Of a DNA stretch of 64,000 nucleotides, positions 1-12,619 are shown in pieces; position 1 is the stretch's first letter, and each line of letters begins with the position of its first letter. The stretch spans positions 103,666,001 to 103,730,000 of the forward strand of contig CM059432.1 in the NCBI GenBank assembly GCA_030390025.1, read 5' to 3'. The DNA is from Squalus acanthias (taxonomy: Eukaryota). The notes under the pieces were generated by a model. The model made no database searches. It was given only the letters and a program-made list of their open reading frames with translations, and was not told where the DNA came from. The position numbers and the translations under genes are program-made.

Positions 1-229
1 ACATTTTTACAGTTTACCTGGATACTATATTGTATATTAAACAGAGGACTATTTATTCTATTAAACAGAAGAATATTTAAAATACAGTAATCAGTGAGTA
101 TCTCACATAACCTGTAATTGAAAATGTGACTGGGACATTAGGCTACATTTTACAGTCCCATCAGAGTAGCGACAGCTTGCTTATTTAAATATTATTCATG
201 CATTCCCTGGACTAATTGGGCATTGTGCA

Positions 230-1450
230 AGGAACATGGCTGCCACAGGGGTGGGATATTAGATTTAAAGAGCGTTTGCTGTGACTCAGAAGGGCACTGA
301 CCAATGTGTAACTGGTGCAACAATTTGGAAGAAGAAAGACATGGTTAAAGGAAGTGTGAGTGGCCAGGCCAGAGGAAGGACTGCCCCTTGTACAAATTGG
401 TCCTGCAAGTGAAGCTATAGGAGGTGTAGCAAAGGAGGGTTGCCATATTTGGATCCAAGGAGCATCCTCCTCAGAAGGCTGCACCAAGGCGTGTGTGGGA
501 CAAGGTCGCTGATCAGGTCACTGCAGTGTTCCCAGTGAGGAAGACAATCACTCAGATATACAAGTTATTTTACAGCCTCAGAAGTTTATTACAGGAAGTG
601 TATTCAGCATTTAGCTGCTTCAGATTGAATGATGTGGAATGCCTATAACATGCACTTTTACCACAAACAGCTACACCTTGACTTCCTATGCATATGTTTC
701 TCATTTGGGATATCTAGCCTTACAGTATCACCAGGCATCACGTATTGACATATGACACACCTTGCATCTTTCAAGGAAACCATGTATTATTGCAGCTCTC
801 TTATCAGAAACATACTAATGTTTCCATCAACAACTTGAGCGACAGAGTGGACACATATGTGAAGGCATTTCAACCACCTCGTTGCAGCCTTGTTGTCAGC
901 TTCAGTGCACATTACAAAACAACAAAACATGCTGAGAGTGTGTCCAGCAGCAGGGGCATGGCAGGAGTAGGCACCGAGAGGGAGTTATCTCACAGGGTGA
1001 AGCAACATCTGTGCCATCCGCTCAATACCACATGTTGAGCCAGAAAGAGGGCAGCCCAGGCAGCCACTTTATCTTTCAATGTGGAGCCATCCATTGCAGG
1101 GCGATCCCATGAACCTAAACAAGGAGGTGCAGGGCCACTGTCACCTCAACAGCTGTCCTTTGAGATTGAACAGCCAGCCTCCCACTGGAGTAACACTAGA
1201 AGGAGCATTAAATTAGGTAGTGCTAGGCACAAATCATATACAGCCACCAAGATAAAACACCAGAGGAAAAACTTTAATTTTGAACACAACAATTTTACTG
1301 TTAGGCAAATAAATTATTTGAAGTCCAGTTCCATTTTGTGCAGATTTCTGTAGCAGGAGATGAATGGATGACCATGCGTGGTAGCTGAGGTCCAGCAGAG
1401 GATAATAGTGAACGTGGTATTTAATGGGCCAGTTTATTGGGAACATGTAT
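230..1450 (+). mobile_element. Old degraded Harbinger-type Myb/SANT gene remnant
   Basis: Broken reading frame near 400-590 resembles the Myb exon 1 of the better preserved Harbinger copies in this window; boundaries approximate. Confidence 0.35.
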
Positions 1451-1662
1451 TCAGTATTGCTTGTGCATTTCAAAGCTTAACTGAAATTGTTGTTTATTAG
1501 ATGTTTGTAGACTTACCTTCAGACCTGCAGCACTGTTGCAGCAGACCATCCATCAGCAAATTGTTACAATTCTCCTAGGGTTCTGTCTGACCCTACTCTT
1601 TCACTTGCTGCATTCGTGCTTTCTTTTCTGAGAGCAAAATTGTGCACCATGCAACACAGAAA

Positions 1663-2112
1663 GATTTGCATTTATATAGCGCATTTCACGACCTCAGGAC
1701 GTCCCAAAGTGCTTTACAGCCATTGAAGTACCATTGAAGTGTAGTCACTGTTGTAATGTAAGAAAAGCAGCAGCTAATTTGCGCACTGCAAGGTCCTATG
1801 AACAGCAATGTGATAATGACCAGATAATCTGTTTTTTTAGTGATATTGGTTGAGGGATAAATATTAGCCAGGACACCGGGGCGAAGTCCCCTGCTCTTCT
1901 TCGAAATAGTGCCATGGAACCTTTTATATCCACCTGAGAGAGCAGACAGGGCCTCGGTTTAATGTCTCATCCGAAATCCGACAGTGCAGCACTCCCTCAG
2001 TACTACACTGGAGTGTCAGCCTGGATTATGTGTTCAAGTCTTTGGAGTGGGACTTGAACTCGTAACTTTGTGACTGAGAGGCGAGAGTGCTACCCACTGA
2101 GCAACAGCTGAC
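1663..2112 (-). mobile_element. tRNA-derived SINE, Deu-type (SacSINE1-like)
   Basis: Minus strand starts with box A (GCTCAGTGG) and box B (GTTCAAGTCC), central GGATGAGACATTAAACCGAGGCCC, and L2-like tail ending CGCTATATAAATGCAAATC. Confidence 0.75.
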
Positions 2113-2646
2113 ACCACTATCATTTTGGATACGTTTGCAAAGTAGTCCAAAAGGACAACCCGGACCAGTCTAAGCTTCTGCATATATATGATATACTCTA
2201 TTTGTATCTTCATAGAGGCCTGCACCCTATTTAATTTAATTTTAGCTTCAGTTCATGGTTATTGATTGAACTCCAACTCAAGAGAGTATCCCTGGCCTCC
2301 CATCTATCTTGTCTAGATATATTGCATTAAATAATAGCGGCACTGTCAGCTGCCATAAGATAAATGTGTCATAGCAACTTTCAGGATGGCTGACATCCAA
2401 TTGCATGATGTGGTACTGATGGTCACATGCAACCTGTGCATTTATTGAATGGAACCTCTTCCAATTCGTAAAATATTTAGCATTGGTGAAAGGAGCCCGC
2501 TTTGGCCACATGGGCTCCAAAGATGATGCCCTACACATTGAAAAAGTGCAGAGCCATCTTCGGCTGCTGGCAACTTCCTGTTGGCAAAGTGATAAAAATC
2601 ATTTGCCCAAGAAGCAAGTGATGTACGCAGCTCCTGAGAACAAGAG

Positions 2647-3800
2647 GAAACATAGAAACATAGAAGATAGGAGCAGGAGTAGGCCATTCGGCCCCTCGAG
2701 CCTGATCCGCCATTTAATGAGATCATGGTTGATCATCCAAATTCAGTACCCTGTCCCAACTTTCTCCGCATATCCCTTGATCCCTTTAGCCTTAAGAAAT
2801 ATATCTAACTCCTTCTTGAATATATTTAATGAATTGGCCTCAACTGCCTTTTGTGGTAGTGAATTCCACAGGTTCACCACTCTCTGTGTGAAGAAATTCC
2901 TCCTCATCTCTGTCCTAAATGGCTTACCCTTATCCTTAGACTGTGACCCCTGGTTCTGGACTCCCCCGCCATCAGGAACATCCTTCCTGCATCTAGTCTG
3001 TCTAGTCCTGTTAGAATTTTATAAGTTTCAATGAGATCCCCTCTCATTCTTCTAAACTCCAGCGAATATAAGCCCAATCGACCCAATCTCTCCTCATACG
3101 TCATTCCTGCCATCCCAGGTATCAGTCTGGTGAATCTTCGCTGCACTCCCTCCATGGCAAGAACATCCTTCCACAGATAAGGCAACCAAAACTGCACACA
3201 ATACTCAAGGTGTGGTCTCACCAAGGCCCTGTACAATTGCAGCAAGACATCCTTGCTCCTGTACTCGAATCCTCTCGCTATGAAGGCCAACATACCATTT
3301 GCCTTCTTAACCGCCTGCTGCACCTGCATGCTTACCTTCAGCGACTGGTGCACAAGGACACCCAGGTCTCGTTGCACTTCCCCTTTTCCCAATCTATTGC
3401 CATTCAGATAATAATCTGCCTTCCTGTTTTTGCCACCAAAGTGGATAACCTCGCATTTATCCACATTATACTGCATCTGCCATGCATCTGCCCAATCACC
3501 CAACCTGTCCAAATCATACTGGAGTTTCTCGGCATCCTCCTCACAGCACACATGCCCACCCAGCTTTGTGTCGTCTGCAAACTTGGAGATATTACATCTA
3601 GTTCCCTCGTCTAGATCATTAATATATATTGTGAATAGCTGGGGTCCTAGCACCGATCCCTGCGGTACCCCACTAGTCACTGCCTACCACTCAGAAAAAG
3701 ATTTGTTTATTCGAACTCTTTGCTTCCTGTCTGCCAACCAGTTCTCTATCCAAGTCAGTACCTTACCCCCAATCCCATGTGCTTTAACTTTACACGCTAA
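2647..3800 (-). mobile_element. 5'-truncated CR1 LINE (RT C-terminal half)
   Basis: ORF 2904-3680 has GVPQGSVLGP, FADDTKL and RPHLEYCVQFW; 3' tail is a (TTTCTATG)n microsatellite. Confidence 0.95.
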
Positions 3801-4439
3801 TGCCGATGCTACCAATTTAGGGTGCTTAACAATAGAGTTAAACTTCCTATAATGGTAGAGATGAAAAAGAAAATATAACAGATTCAACTGGAAAACCAAA
3901 ACAAAATCTAGGTCGATCCAAACCAAGTCAAAATTAAAAAAAAACCTCACTCTTAAAGTGAGTTTCAAAATGCGCCAGGTTTTCATTTGCCTGGAGCGAT
4001 GATTCTGCTTCTCTGTAGCAAACCACGCAAAATGAAGGGTAGGGAAATGTCTAATGTGCTTTTGCTCTGCTGCCATTGAAAGCCTCCACGGACAGCAGTG
4101 CAGCTTGATCCAAAAAAGTCGGCCTGCACAGCTGCACTATCCTGGCACTGAGTGGGTGCTAGGCTCACTCCCAGGAATTTCCAACTTCTCTGCTCTCATC
4201 ACACACATGTGAGGTTTACCCTTTTATGTTTAGAACTAAGCTTTGGAATGTGTGGTGACTTTTCCTTCATTTTAACTTTAAAAAAAATCTTTCTTCCAAA
4301 TTTTAGGAATAGATAGTGGAGCAGAACCCAAGAAGAAATTGATTCAGTGTGGGTTGTGATGGAAGCAGTGCTCTGTAATGCCTCAAACAGGATAATTTCT
4401 GTTTTTTGTTTCATATATAACTTTAGATACAGCAATGCC

Positions 4440-5720
4440 TTTTAAAACTGACTTCAGTTAACTGTGGTCGAAGCATAAGCACCGATTTTTATCTGGGGCC
4501 TCTATTCAGGTGCATGTTGGGCAATGTAATATTAGCACTTGGTCATCAATTAGTACACTGCACCTGCTTCTGTTTCCAGGTTCAGCCTAACTTATATTGT
4601 GTGGGTGAGACACAGCATCAGTGATGCCTTTTATTGAGAGCTCAGCCATTAGTAGGCAGGATATTGTATGGTGCTGCACTTTATAGGGTCAATCCTATTT
4701 CTGGTAGCAAAGGTCACAAATTTGTCTACAAGCAGTTGTGCTGACAGCAGAGTGACAGTTTTTGGATGGGGAAATTGAGGTCTTGTCGAAGCAAGTGTGA
4801 CAGAGGAAGGAGGGTCTTTTTCTCACTGATGGTCACCATGTGACCACATCATTGGCTCAGACTGTGTGGCAGGAGGTAGCCTCAAAGATCAATGTCAGTG
4901 TTACTTCTCAGTGGATATTGCTGCAATGCCGAAAGATGTTTAATGATGTCACCATGTCACTAAACTAGAAGATCCTGCTATTACTTTATAATAATGGCAT
5001 GTATTAAGCATGTATGCAATGTTCAATTACCTCCCAGCTGGCCTTACAGTATTTGGAACATTTCCCACAAATGCCTATTATGCAATACAGTACTCTTTAC
5101 AGCAGTTTCCTTCCCCTTTAAGTGATCCTTCTCTTGCTGTCTTAAATGCTAATACCCCTGACAAGTCCTTCAATCACTGTGTCTGCCTGATCCATTTTCC
5201 TGTCCGCACATTGACTATTAACTGTACACTAACGCACAGGTATTATTGTATGAGCTCCTGGCAATTTCATATTTTCACCTCTTCTACTATAGTTGCAGGA
5301 GAAGGCTGCTCATAAGAAGAGGGAGAGATGTCACATGGGTGGATTCTCCAACCTCTATTCTCTGACCAGCTGTGATTCATGGATACACATTTGTTGTGTG
5401 CAAGGGCATGTATGTGAGTGCAATCAATAATGCCCTGGACTTAAGGAATCCTGCAATTTGAAAAAAAAATGCAGTACCCTCTCACGCTGTTGCTGAGTTT
5501 TCCATGAATTCATCAAAAACCTGCTTAATACATTTGCACACTGCAGATTGACTATGTTGTTGATATCTCCTGTGAAAGCCTGAAATGAGCTTGAGGCATA
5601 AAACTTCACGGCTGAATTGATCTTGACAGCCACTGGCAGTATTGTGTTAGTGAATCTTATCCAATACATACTTTGTTCCTCTGACAAGTTCAGGTAAGTA
5701 CAATATATGCAGTCCACCCA
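4440..5720. mobile_element. Degraded Harbinger element (Myb remnant on +, transposase remnant on -)
   Basis: ORF 5424-5717 YLNLSEEQ...LPVAVKINSAVKFYASSSFQ is HARBI1-like; 4750-4960 resembles Myb exon 1 (QCRKMFND); acceptor TTGCAG|GAGAAGG near 5300 as in other copies. Confidence 0.65.
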
Positions 5721-6878
5721 TATATGCGATTAGAAGTGTAATCATGGTGGTCGCAATCTTTATCTGCTGTAATGTGATGTGTCTGAACTCCTTTTTCTCC
5801 ATCTTCTTTGTCCAAATAGCATAGTAACCTCCATTTATAACAAAAATGAAGCGTTTTTGCCTAGTTTTAGCATGGTAGCAGTCTATTTAATTCAGGCACA
5901 CAACTGTTAATTAACATTTTTAATTACAAGTCACTTCTTGGGACAGACAAAAAATAACACATGATTTTAAAAACTCTCGTTGACTTGTCTTTTTTCATTT
6001 TTTCTTGTTAATTATGGGTCCTGAATTCCCTTGAGGCCTGGAGCATTCTCCTGGTGTAAAGCAGCCAGTAGTTCAGCAGAAGGGGTTAAAATTTAGGCAG
6101 GACCTGGAAGAGCACCCACTGGTAATTCCTACTGCATCCTGGGGTGGATGAAAGTTATAAGAAGGAGGTGGGTCTTCCTCCACCAGAATTCCTGTAGCTT
6201 CCCACTTCCTCAGCACCAAATGATCTGGGCAGCCAAGTCCATGGCGGACACAGTTGGGACACGTAAGGCTCTCAAGGCTGGGGTCATGGCTTGGAAGACC
6301 CAAAATTGAGTCTCAAAAGTTTTTGATATTGGCTCTTTTCAAATTTCTCTATAAAGCACCTTGTAGATTTTGTACATTAAAGGCCCTATGTAATTGCAAG
6401 CAGTAGTAGTATTATGGGAACAAAAACTCATATTCAATCATTAAAAGAGCTACACAACGATTAACCATCAAAATTAAATTCTTGATAAAGTTAAAAAAAA
6501 TGTAACACTTTTCAGTGACATGTAAATGTGATTCTGACACCACTGGCAATGACAAAAAATTGATATGTCCTCTGGGGTAGAAATTGGACTGGACTCATTT
6601 TCAGATCCAGACACAGTGCTGCATGACCAGCACGTGCCCGAAACAAGAGGCTTGAGGATCGATAGAAATGAATCCTCGGGCCTCATCAGTGTACTTGACA
6701 CGGACTGTTGGCGTTAGTCGCACCTCCACAGGCGGCTCGCCTGATTGAAGACTTTAATTTCGGCCTCCTCCTTCGCCAGCAGCGGCCCTCAGGTAGGTCA
6801 CAGGAGGGAGGTTTGGAGTGGGCTACCTACCTTTGGTTGGCGGCTGTTGGGGCCACCGAAGACCCCTCATCGGAGACA

Positions 6879-7097
6879 AATTTCTAAAAGATGTCCTCAA
6901 AGAAATGACCTCAATGGAAATGAAAATCGGGAGTGATGTATAATGGGCAGCTGATCCGATATCGCCCGTTATGCATCTCTCCCGATTTTCATTTCCATTG
7001 AGGTCATTTCTTTGAGGACATCTTTTAGAAATTGTAAAATGGGCAGCTGATCCGATATCGGCCATTTTACACTATTGCCCAAAGTCAAAATTACCCC
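6879..7097. repeat. Fold-back / MITE-like palindrome
   Basis: 70-bp near-perfect inverted arms 6879-6948 and 6964-7033 around a 15-nt loop; a second copy of the small hairpin follows at 7034-7070. Confidence 0.85.
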
Positions 7098-7099
7098 AG

Positions 7100-7665
7100 A
7101 GAGTTGGGGCTTTTACTCTAGGAAAGCAGAGACTTCACGAAGTTATGATTGAGGTTCTTTAAAATAATGAAAGGATTAGACTTGGTCCATTTGGATTTGA
7201 TCTGGATCGGTTAAGGAGAACTAGGGGACATGAATATAAGTTACGTAAGCATGGAATTAGGTTAGATATCAGGGGTTACTTTTTTTACAGAGAGTTATCA
7301 ACCTATGAAATAAGTTGCTGGCACGTAGAATGAGTGTGGATTTACTGCAGGCATTCAAAAGGGAGCTGGATGAATTCCTGAGTGTGGCTGACATCACAAC
7401 ATATAGAAGATAGGTGGGTATTGGGGATGTGTCTCCCAGTTACCATGGTCTCCTGGAGCTTGTTTGATCATTTTTGGGTGTTGGAGAGGAATTTCGCAGA
7501 ATATTTTCTCAATTGGCGTACGTTTTTTTCTGGGTTTCTTTTGCCTCCAGAAGATTGTATGGCTGGTAGGTGGGAGGGAAGGCAGATGGGGTTATGGTGT
7601 GCGGGAGTTACACCTGACCGTAAAGGACAGGCTCGATGGACCAGTTGGTCTTCTCCTGTCCTTCA
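7100..7665 (+). mobile_element. Old CR1 3' fragment
   Basis: Degenerate RT C-terminus (RTRGH...YFFTQRV-like) and a 3' UTR similar to 15800-16140. Confidence 0.6.
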
Positions 7666-7669
7666 TTGG

Positions 7670-9575
7670 GGTGCAATTCAAAAGGATATTAGGAAAGCAA
7701 AGAGAGAGCATGAAAAATTCTTGGCAAGTAAAATCAAGGAAAACCCAAAGATGTTTTATAAATATATTAAGAGTAAGAGGATAACTAAAGAAAGGGTAGG
7801 ACCTATTAGAGATCATGAGGGTAATCTGTGTGTGGAGGTGGGAGACGTCGGTAGGGTTCTTAATGAATACTTTGCATCTGTTTTCACAAAGGAGAGGGGC
7901 GAAGCAAACATTGCTATCAGGGAGGAAGAGTGTGAAATATCAGATGAAATAAACATAGTGAGAGAGGAAGTATTAAGGGGTTTAGCAGCTTTTAAAGTGG
8001 ATAAATCCCCAGGCCCGGATGAAATGTATCCCAGGCTGTTAAGCGAAGCAAAAGAGGAAATAGCAGAGGCCCTGACCATCATTTTTCAATCCTATCTGGC
8101 TTCAAGTGTGGTGCCGGAGGACTGGAGGACTGCTAATGTGGTACCCTTGTTTAAAAAAGGAGAAAAGGATAGACCGAGTAATTACAGGCCAGTCAGCCTA
8201 ACCTCAGTGGTGGGAAAATTATTGGAAAGAATTCTGAAGGACAGGATAAATCTTCATTTAGAAAGACACGGATTAATCAAGGATAGTCAGCACGGATTTG
8301 TTAAGGGAAGGTCGTGTCTGACAAACTTGATTGAATTTTTTGAGGAGGTAACAAGGAGGGTAGATGAGGGTAGTGCGTTTGATGTAGTGTATATGGACTT
8401 TAGCAAGGCTTTTGATAAGGTTCCACATGGCAGACTGGTCACGAAGTTAAAAGCCCATGGGATCCAGGGCAAAGTGTCAAGTTGGATTCAAAACTGGCTC
8501 GGAGGCATGAAGCAGAGGGTAATGGTATGGGTGTTTTTGTGACTGGAAGGCTGTTTCCAGTGGGGTTCCGCAGGGCTCAGTACTAGGTCCCTTGCTTTTT
8601 TGTGGTATATATCAATGATCTAGACTTGAATATAGGGGGTATGATTAAGAAGTTTGCAGATGATACTAAAATCGGTTGTGTGGTTGATACTGAAGAAGGA
8701 AGCTGTAGACTGCAGGAAGATATAAATAAATTGGTCAGGTGGGCAGAACAGTGGCAAATGGAATTCAATCCGGAGAAGTGTGAGGTAATGCATTTGGGGA
8801 GGGCCAACAAGGAAAGGGAATACACATTAAATGGTAGGACACTGAGTAGCGTAGAGGAACAAAGGGACTTTGGAGTACATGTCCACAGATCCCTGAAGGT
8901 AGCAGACCAGGTAGATAAGGTGGTTAAGAAGGCATACGGAATGCTTGCCTTTATTAGCCGTGGCATAGAATACAAGAACAGGGGGGTTATGCTTCAACTG
9001 TATAAAACACTAGTTAGGCCTCAGCTAGAGTACTGCGTGCAATTCTGGTCACCATATTACAGGAAAGATGTGATTGCACTAGAGAGGGTACAGAGGAGAT
9101 TTACAAGGATGTTGTCGGGAGTAGAGAATCTTAGCTATGAGGAAAGACTGGATAGGCTGGGTTTGTTTTCCTTGGAACAGAGGAGGCTGTGGGGAGACCT
9201 TATTGAGGTGTATAAAATTATGAGGGGCATAGATAAAGTGGATAGAAAGGACCTATTTCCCTTAGCAGATGGGTCAAAAACCAGGGGGCACAGATTTAAA
9301 GTAATTGGTGGAAGGTTTAGAGGGGATTTGAGGGGAAATTTCTTCACCCAGAGGGTTGTGGGGGTCTGGAACTCACTGCCTGAAAGGGTGGTAGAGGCAG
9401 GAACCTAACCACATTTAAAAAGTACTTGGATGTGCACTTGGGATGCTGTAACCCGCAGTGCTACGGACCAAGAGCTGGGAAGTGGGATTAGGCTGGATAG
9501 CTCTTTGTTGGCCGGCGCGGACACAATGGGCCAAAATGGCCTCCTTCCGTGCTGTAACTTTCTATGATTCTATGA
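7670..9575 (+). mobile_element. 5'-truncated CR1 LINE, ORF2 frameshifted near 8530-8600
   Basis: KSPGPD, NYRPVSLTS, YMDFSKAFDKVPH, FADDTKI motifs; tail TTCTATGATTCTATGA. Confidence 0.95.
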
Positions 9576-9744
9576 ACATTTAGGAAGTGGTGTACATCAT
9601 TTTTAGGGACTTTTTGATCATTTTTCCTTAGAAAAAAATGTGACATTTAAATGTTGGGTTTTTAAAGCAAGGTATATTCACACAAGTTAAAAAAGGCACT
9701 GATCAATTAATGGTTAAAAACCTAACTAGTTAAGCTTTGACATA

Positions 9745-9815
9745 AAAACAGAAATCGCTGGAAATACTCAGCAGGTCAGGCAGCATCTGTGGAGAGAGAA
9801 ACAGAGTTTACGTTT
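9745..9815. mobile_element. Penelope-like terminal fragment
   Basis: GCTGGAAATACTCAGCAGGTCAGGCAGCATC, same sequence as the arm of the palindrome at 19953. Confidence 0.55.
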
Positions 9816-11509
9816 GCTGTTGTTTTTCCACTGACTATAAATAATAAGCAATTTGTTAACCTTGTCGGCAATCGATTAACACCTCAAACTCATTGGGGGG
9901 AATTTTAAACAGAGACACAGACGGGCAGTAGGGTTTAGCAAAGGCTTTGAAATCGGTTAAGTCTTCAAACAAAAAGCAGCGAGGGAAGGATTTGGCCAGG
10001 CTCTAAAGTAGTATGCAGGAAGTAACGTGACTCACTAATGTGGGGAAGCATAGCGTGGTCATTATTTTATATTATTTCGCAAGAACAAGCTGTACTGATT
10101 CAACTAATGAGTCTGTTCATAACAGTTGCTCTATGTGTTCACTTGCTGTGAAATAAAACTGCTTAGCACTTCATACCTCGCCTCGTTTCACTAGTTTTCT
10201 CAGTCTGCTTTGCAATAGATTGAAAAATTACGAAAGACTTGACTATCCTATCACATCACATGGGGATACTATTGCTGCATTCCTCAGTTACGCTATTGTA
10301 TAGTTAGATATTGAGCTGTACAGGCACATCCCTAAGATGTTCAGCCCACTTACGAGAGTGACTAGAACAGCTGTACCCAAGAGAATATCTAAAACCAGAC
10401 TGAATTGTTAATAGTATCTCTCTTGTTAAACTATATGATGGTATTTTCTACTGGCACTCTGATAGCTACATAAATACAACCTTACAAATCTGAAACATTC
10501 CAATGCCCTCTGACACCTTCAGAGCTTTCCAGAGGGCCTCAGCAGCTCGACATCCAATGGGAGGGGGTGGACAACTCGCAGAGAACGGTGTGGGCGAAGG
10601 CTTAGTGGTGCATGACCCCAAGTCACTTTCTGCTCATACTTGTCACATTTGCACTGGTTTTCAGGCGGACAAGTAATGGAATACCCAAGACCATTGTTAC
10701 AATGTAGATAACATTCACAACTTCCATAAGTCCCTCACCATAAACTCTATCCCTTGCCACAAACTCCATACCTATTGCTAGCCAAGTTTTCAGGATGAAC
10801 CAGCCTGTGCAGAACCTTGCAGTCCTGTTCATCCCTCAGCTGAGCTGAAAAGTTACTGGGGCCAACTCTGCTGGTGCAAGTGTGACAGAATGCAACCCTT
10901 GCCTGCCCTAACCAGATGCCAGAGACTCAGTCCTAAATCCTGGCAACAGGGTCATTGGCATGACTGGGGCAGGCCCTTCAGTGGTACCCACTCTGATATT
11001 CTGTGAGAAGGTGGAGCAGCCCACAGCCTCTCCATCTGAGGTGCTCACAGGCTCGTCTGGGCTGAAGGAAAAATTATTGAGAACATTTTTCAGCTCCCAG
11101 CGGAGCCATTGTCCCAACATATTAAGGTAATCAATCCCGCCAGGATTGATTATCTTTGTCTAGTAAATGTTTGTGGCCTTTTCTCAATGTGGAAATCTGC
11201 TGAGGCCTACTGACAATAATAGTGGGAGGAGCTCCCCAGACACACCCCTTCATATGAAGAGAGATGGTAGAGCATGCACCCTTGGACCCTCTGACCAGAA
11301 TTTAAAAGGTCAGTGACAATTAGGCAAAATCTTGGTGTAACCGCGTTCTACTCCAAATTCCTAGCTTCCCTGAATATCAGGAATTCTGGGGCTATTTTTA
11401 TTATTCCTAAAAACATTTGTATGAGCCCATTGATCAATTGCTTATTCCTGCCAGTGTGATCAGAACCACAAGTTACGTGTCACTTGATCTGTTAACAGGT
11501 TTAAAAGTT

Positions 11510-11772
11510 TTCCCCACCATTGGCAGCCGTGCCTTCAGCCGTCTAGGCCCTAAGCTCTGGAATTCAATCCCTAAACCTCTCCACCTATCCACATATCTCT
11601 ACTGCTTTAAGACCCTCGTTAAAACCTACCCCTTTGACCAAGCTTTTAGTCACGCTTCCTAATATTTCCTTCTTTGGCTTAGTAACAATATTTATCTGAT
11701 TAGACTCTTGTGAAGTGTCTTCGCACGTTTTCCGATGCTTAAGGTGCTTTAGAAATGCAAGATTGTTGTTGT
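11510..11772 (+). mobile_element. L2-type LINE/SINE 3' tail
   Basis: CCACCATTGGCAGCCGTGCCTTCAGC...CCTAAGCTCTGGAATTC...AAATGCAAGATTGTTGTTG; homologous to the split copy at 17390-19600. Confidence 0.65.
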
Positions 11773-11857
11773 AGCATGCTTTTCTTACTGTGAAAATCAA
11801 CGTAAAGAGTTTAGTTTTGATGGTTATTTGCTGTGGAGCACCTTTAATAAGTTTATG

Positions 11858-11968
11858 TTAACGCCGGTACAGTTTTATAGACTTTTTATTTTCCTCATCT
11901 GAAGAATCTTCGTTCTTTACCGTATCTGAGATGAGAAGACATGGATACTTGTGAATCATGGAGAATGC
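11858..11968 (-). CDS. Candidate last coding exon of unidentified host gene (AFSMIHKYPCLLISDTVKNEDSSDEENKKSIKLYRR*)
   Basis: Acceptor tttactctttgaag, open frame to TAA, ATTAAA about 10 nt downstream (11843-11848); phase 0 matches the exon at 19623-19659. Confidence 0.45.
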   Translation of the reverse strand, partial: AFSMIHKYPCLLISDTVKNEDSSDEENKKSIKLYRR

Positions 11969-12619
11969 CTTCAAAGAGTAAATAAGTGCAATTATAGAAG
12001 TTCTTCTTTGTTCTCACATCAGTAACTGAAGTTGCAATCTCAAAATTAGATACCAGGCCATCTGCTGCTTATAATTAATATTTTTTCCTTTTCAGTCGAG
12101 AAGATCCACTTAAATATATTAAAAGGAATAAATCTCCTCTCTCTGACTGCCACCAAGAATTTTAAAAAGCTCACTTAATATACTAAGTAAAGCACTTTGG
12201 GACGTCCTGAGGTCATGAAAGATGCTACATAAATGTAATTTCTTTCAATAGCAGCTTCCTGCCACCTGAAGTTACAAAGAGAGGGTTTACTGTCTTTACC
12301 AGTCTCTTTAACCAGAACATTGCTGGTGTCACTCAGACAATATGCACTATTACCCTCCAATTTTCTCTTAAGGTGATTAACACTGTAGTTTGAGTTTTTC
12401 CTGCATTCAAAAGTAGAGTGATAATTGGAAGGACATAGGGCACAGAGGTGTGACAGCTGTAAGAAACAGCAACACAGACAGGAGTGGCAGTTGGAAGGAT
12501 ATTGATGAGGAGAGGAGAAATAAATAGGAGGGATATAGACACAGAGAGGAATAGTAGCTGTAAGGACAGAGACCCAGAGAGAAGTGACAGATGTAAGCAA
12601 TACCGACACAGGAGCAACA

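Noticed and set aside
2035..2112. tRNA gene
   Set aside because: It is the tRNA-like head of a SINE; the same applies to 15082 and 29222.
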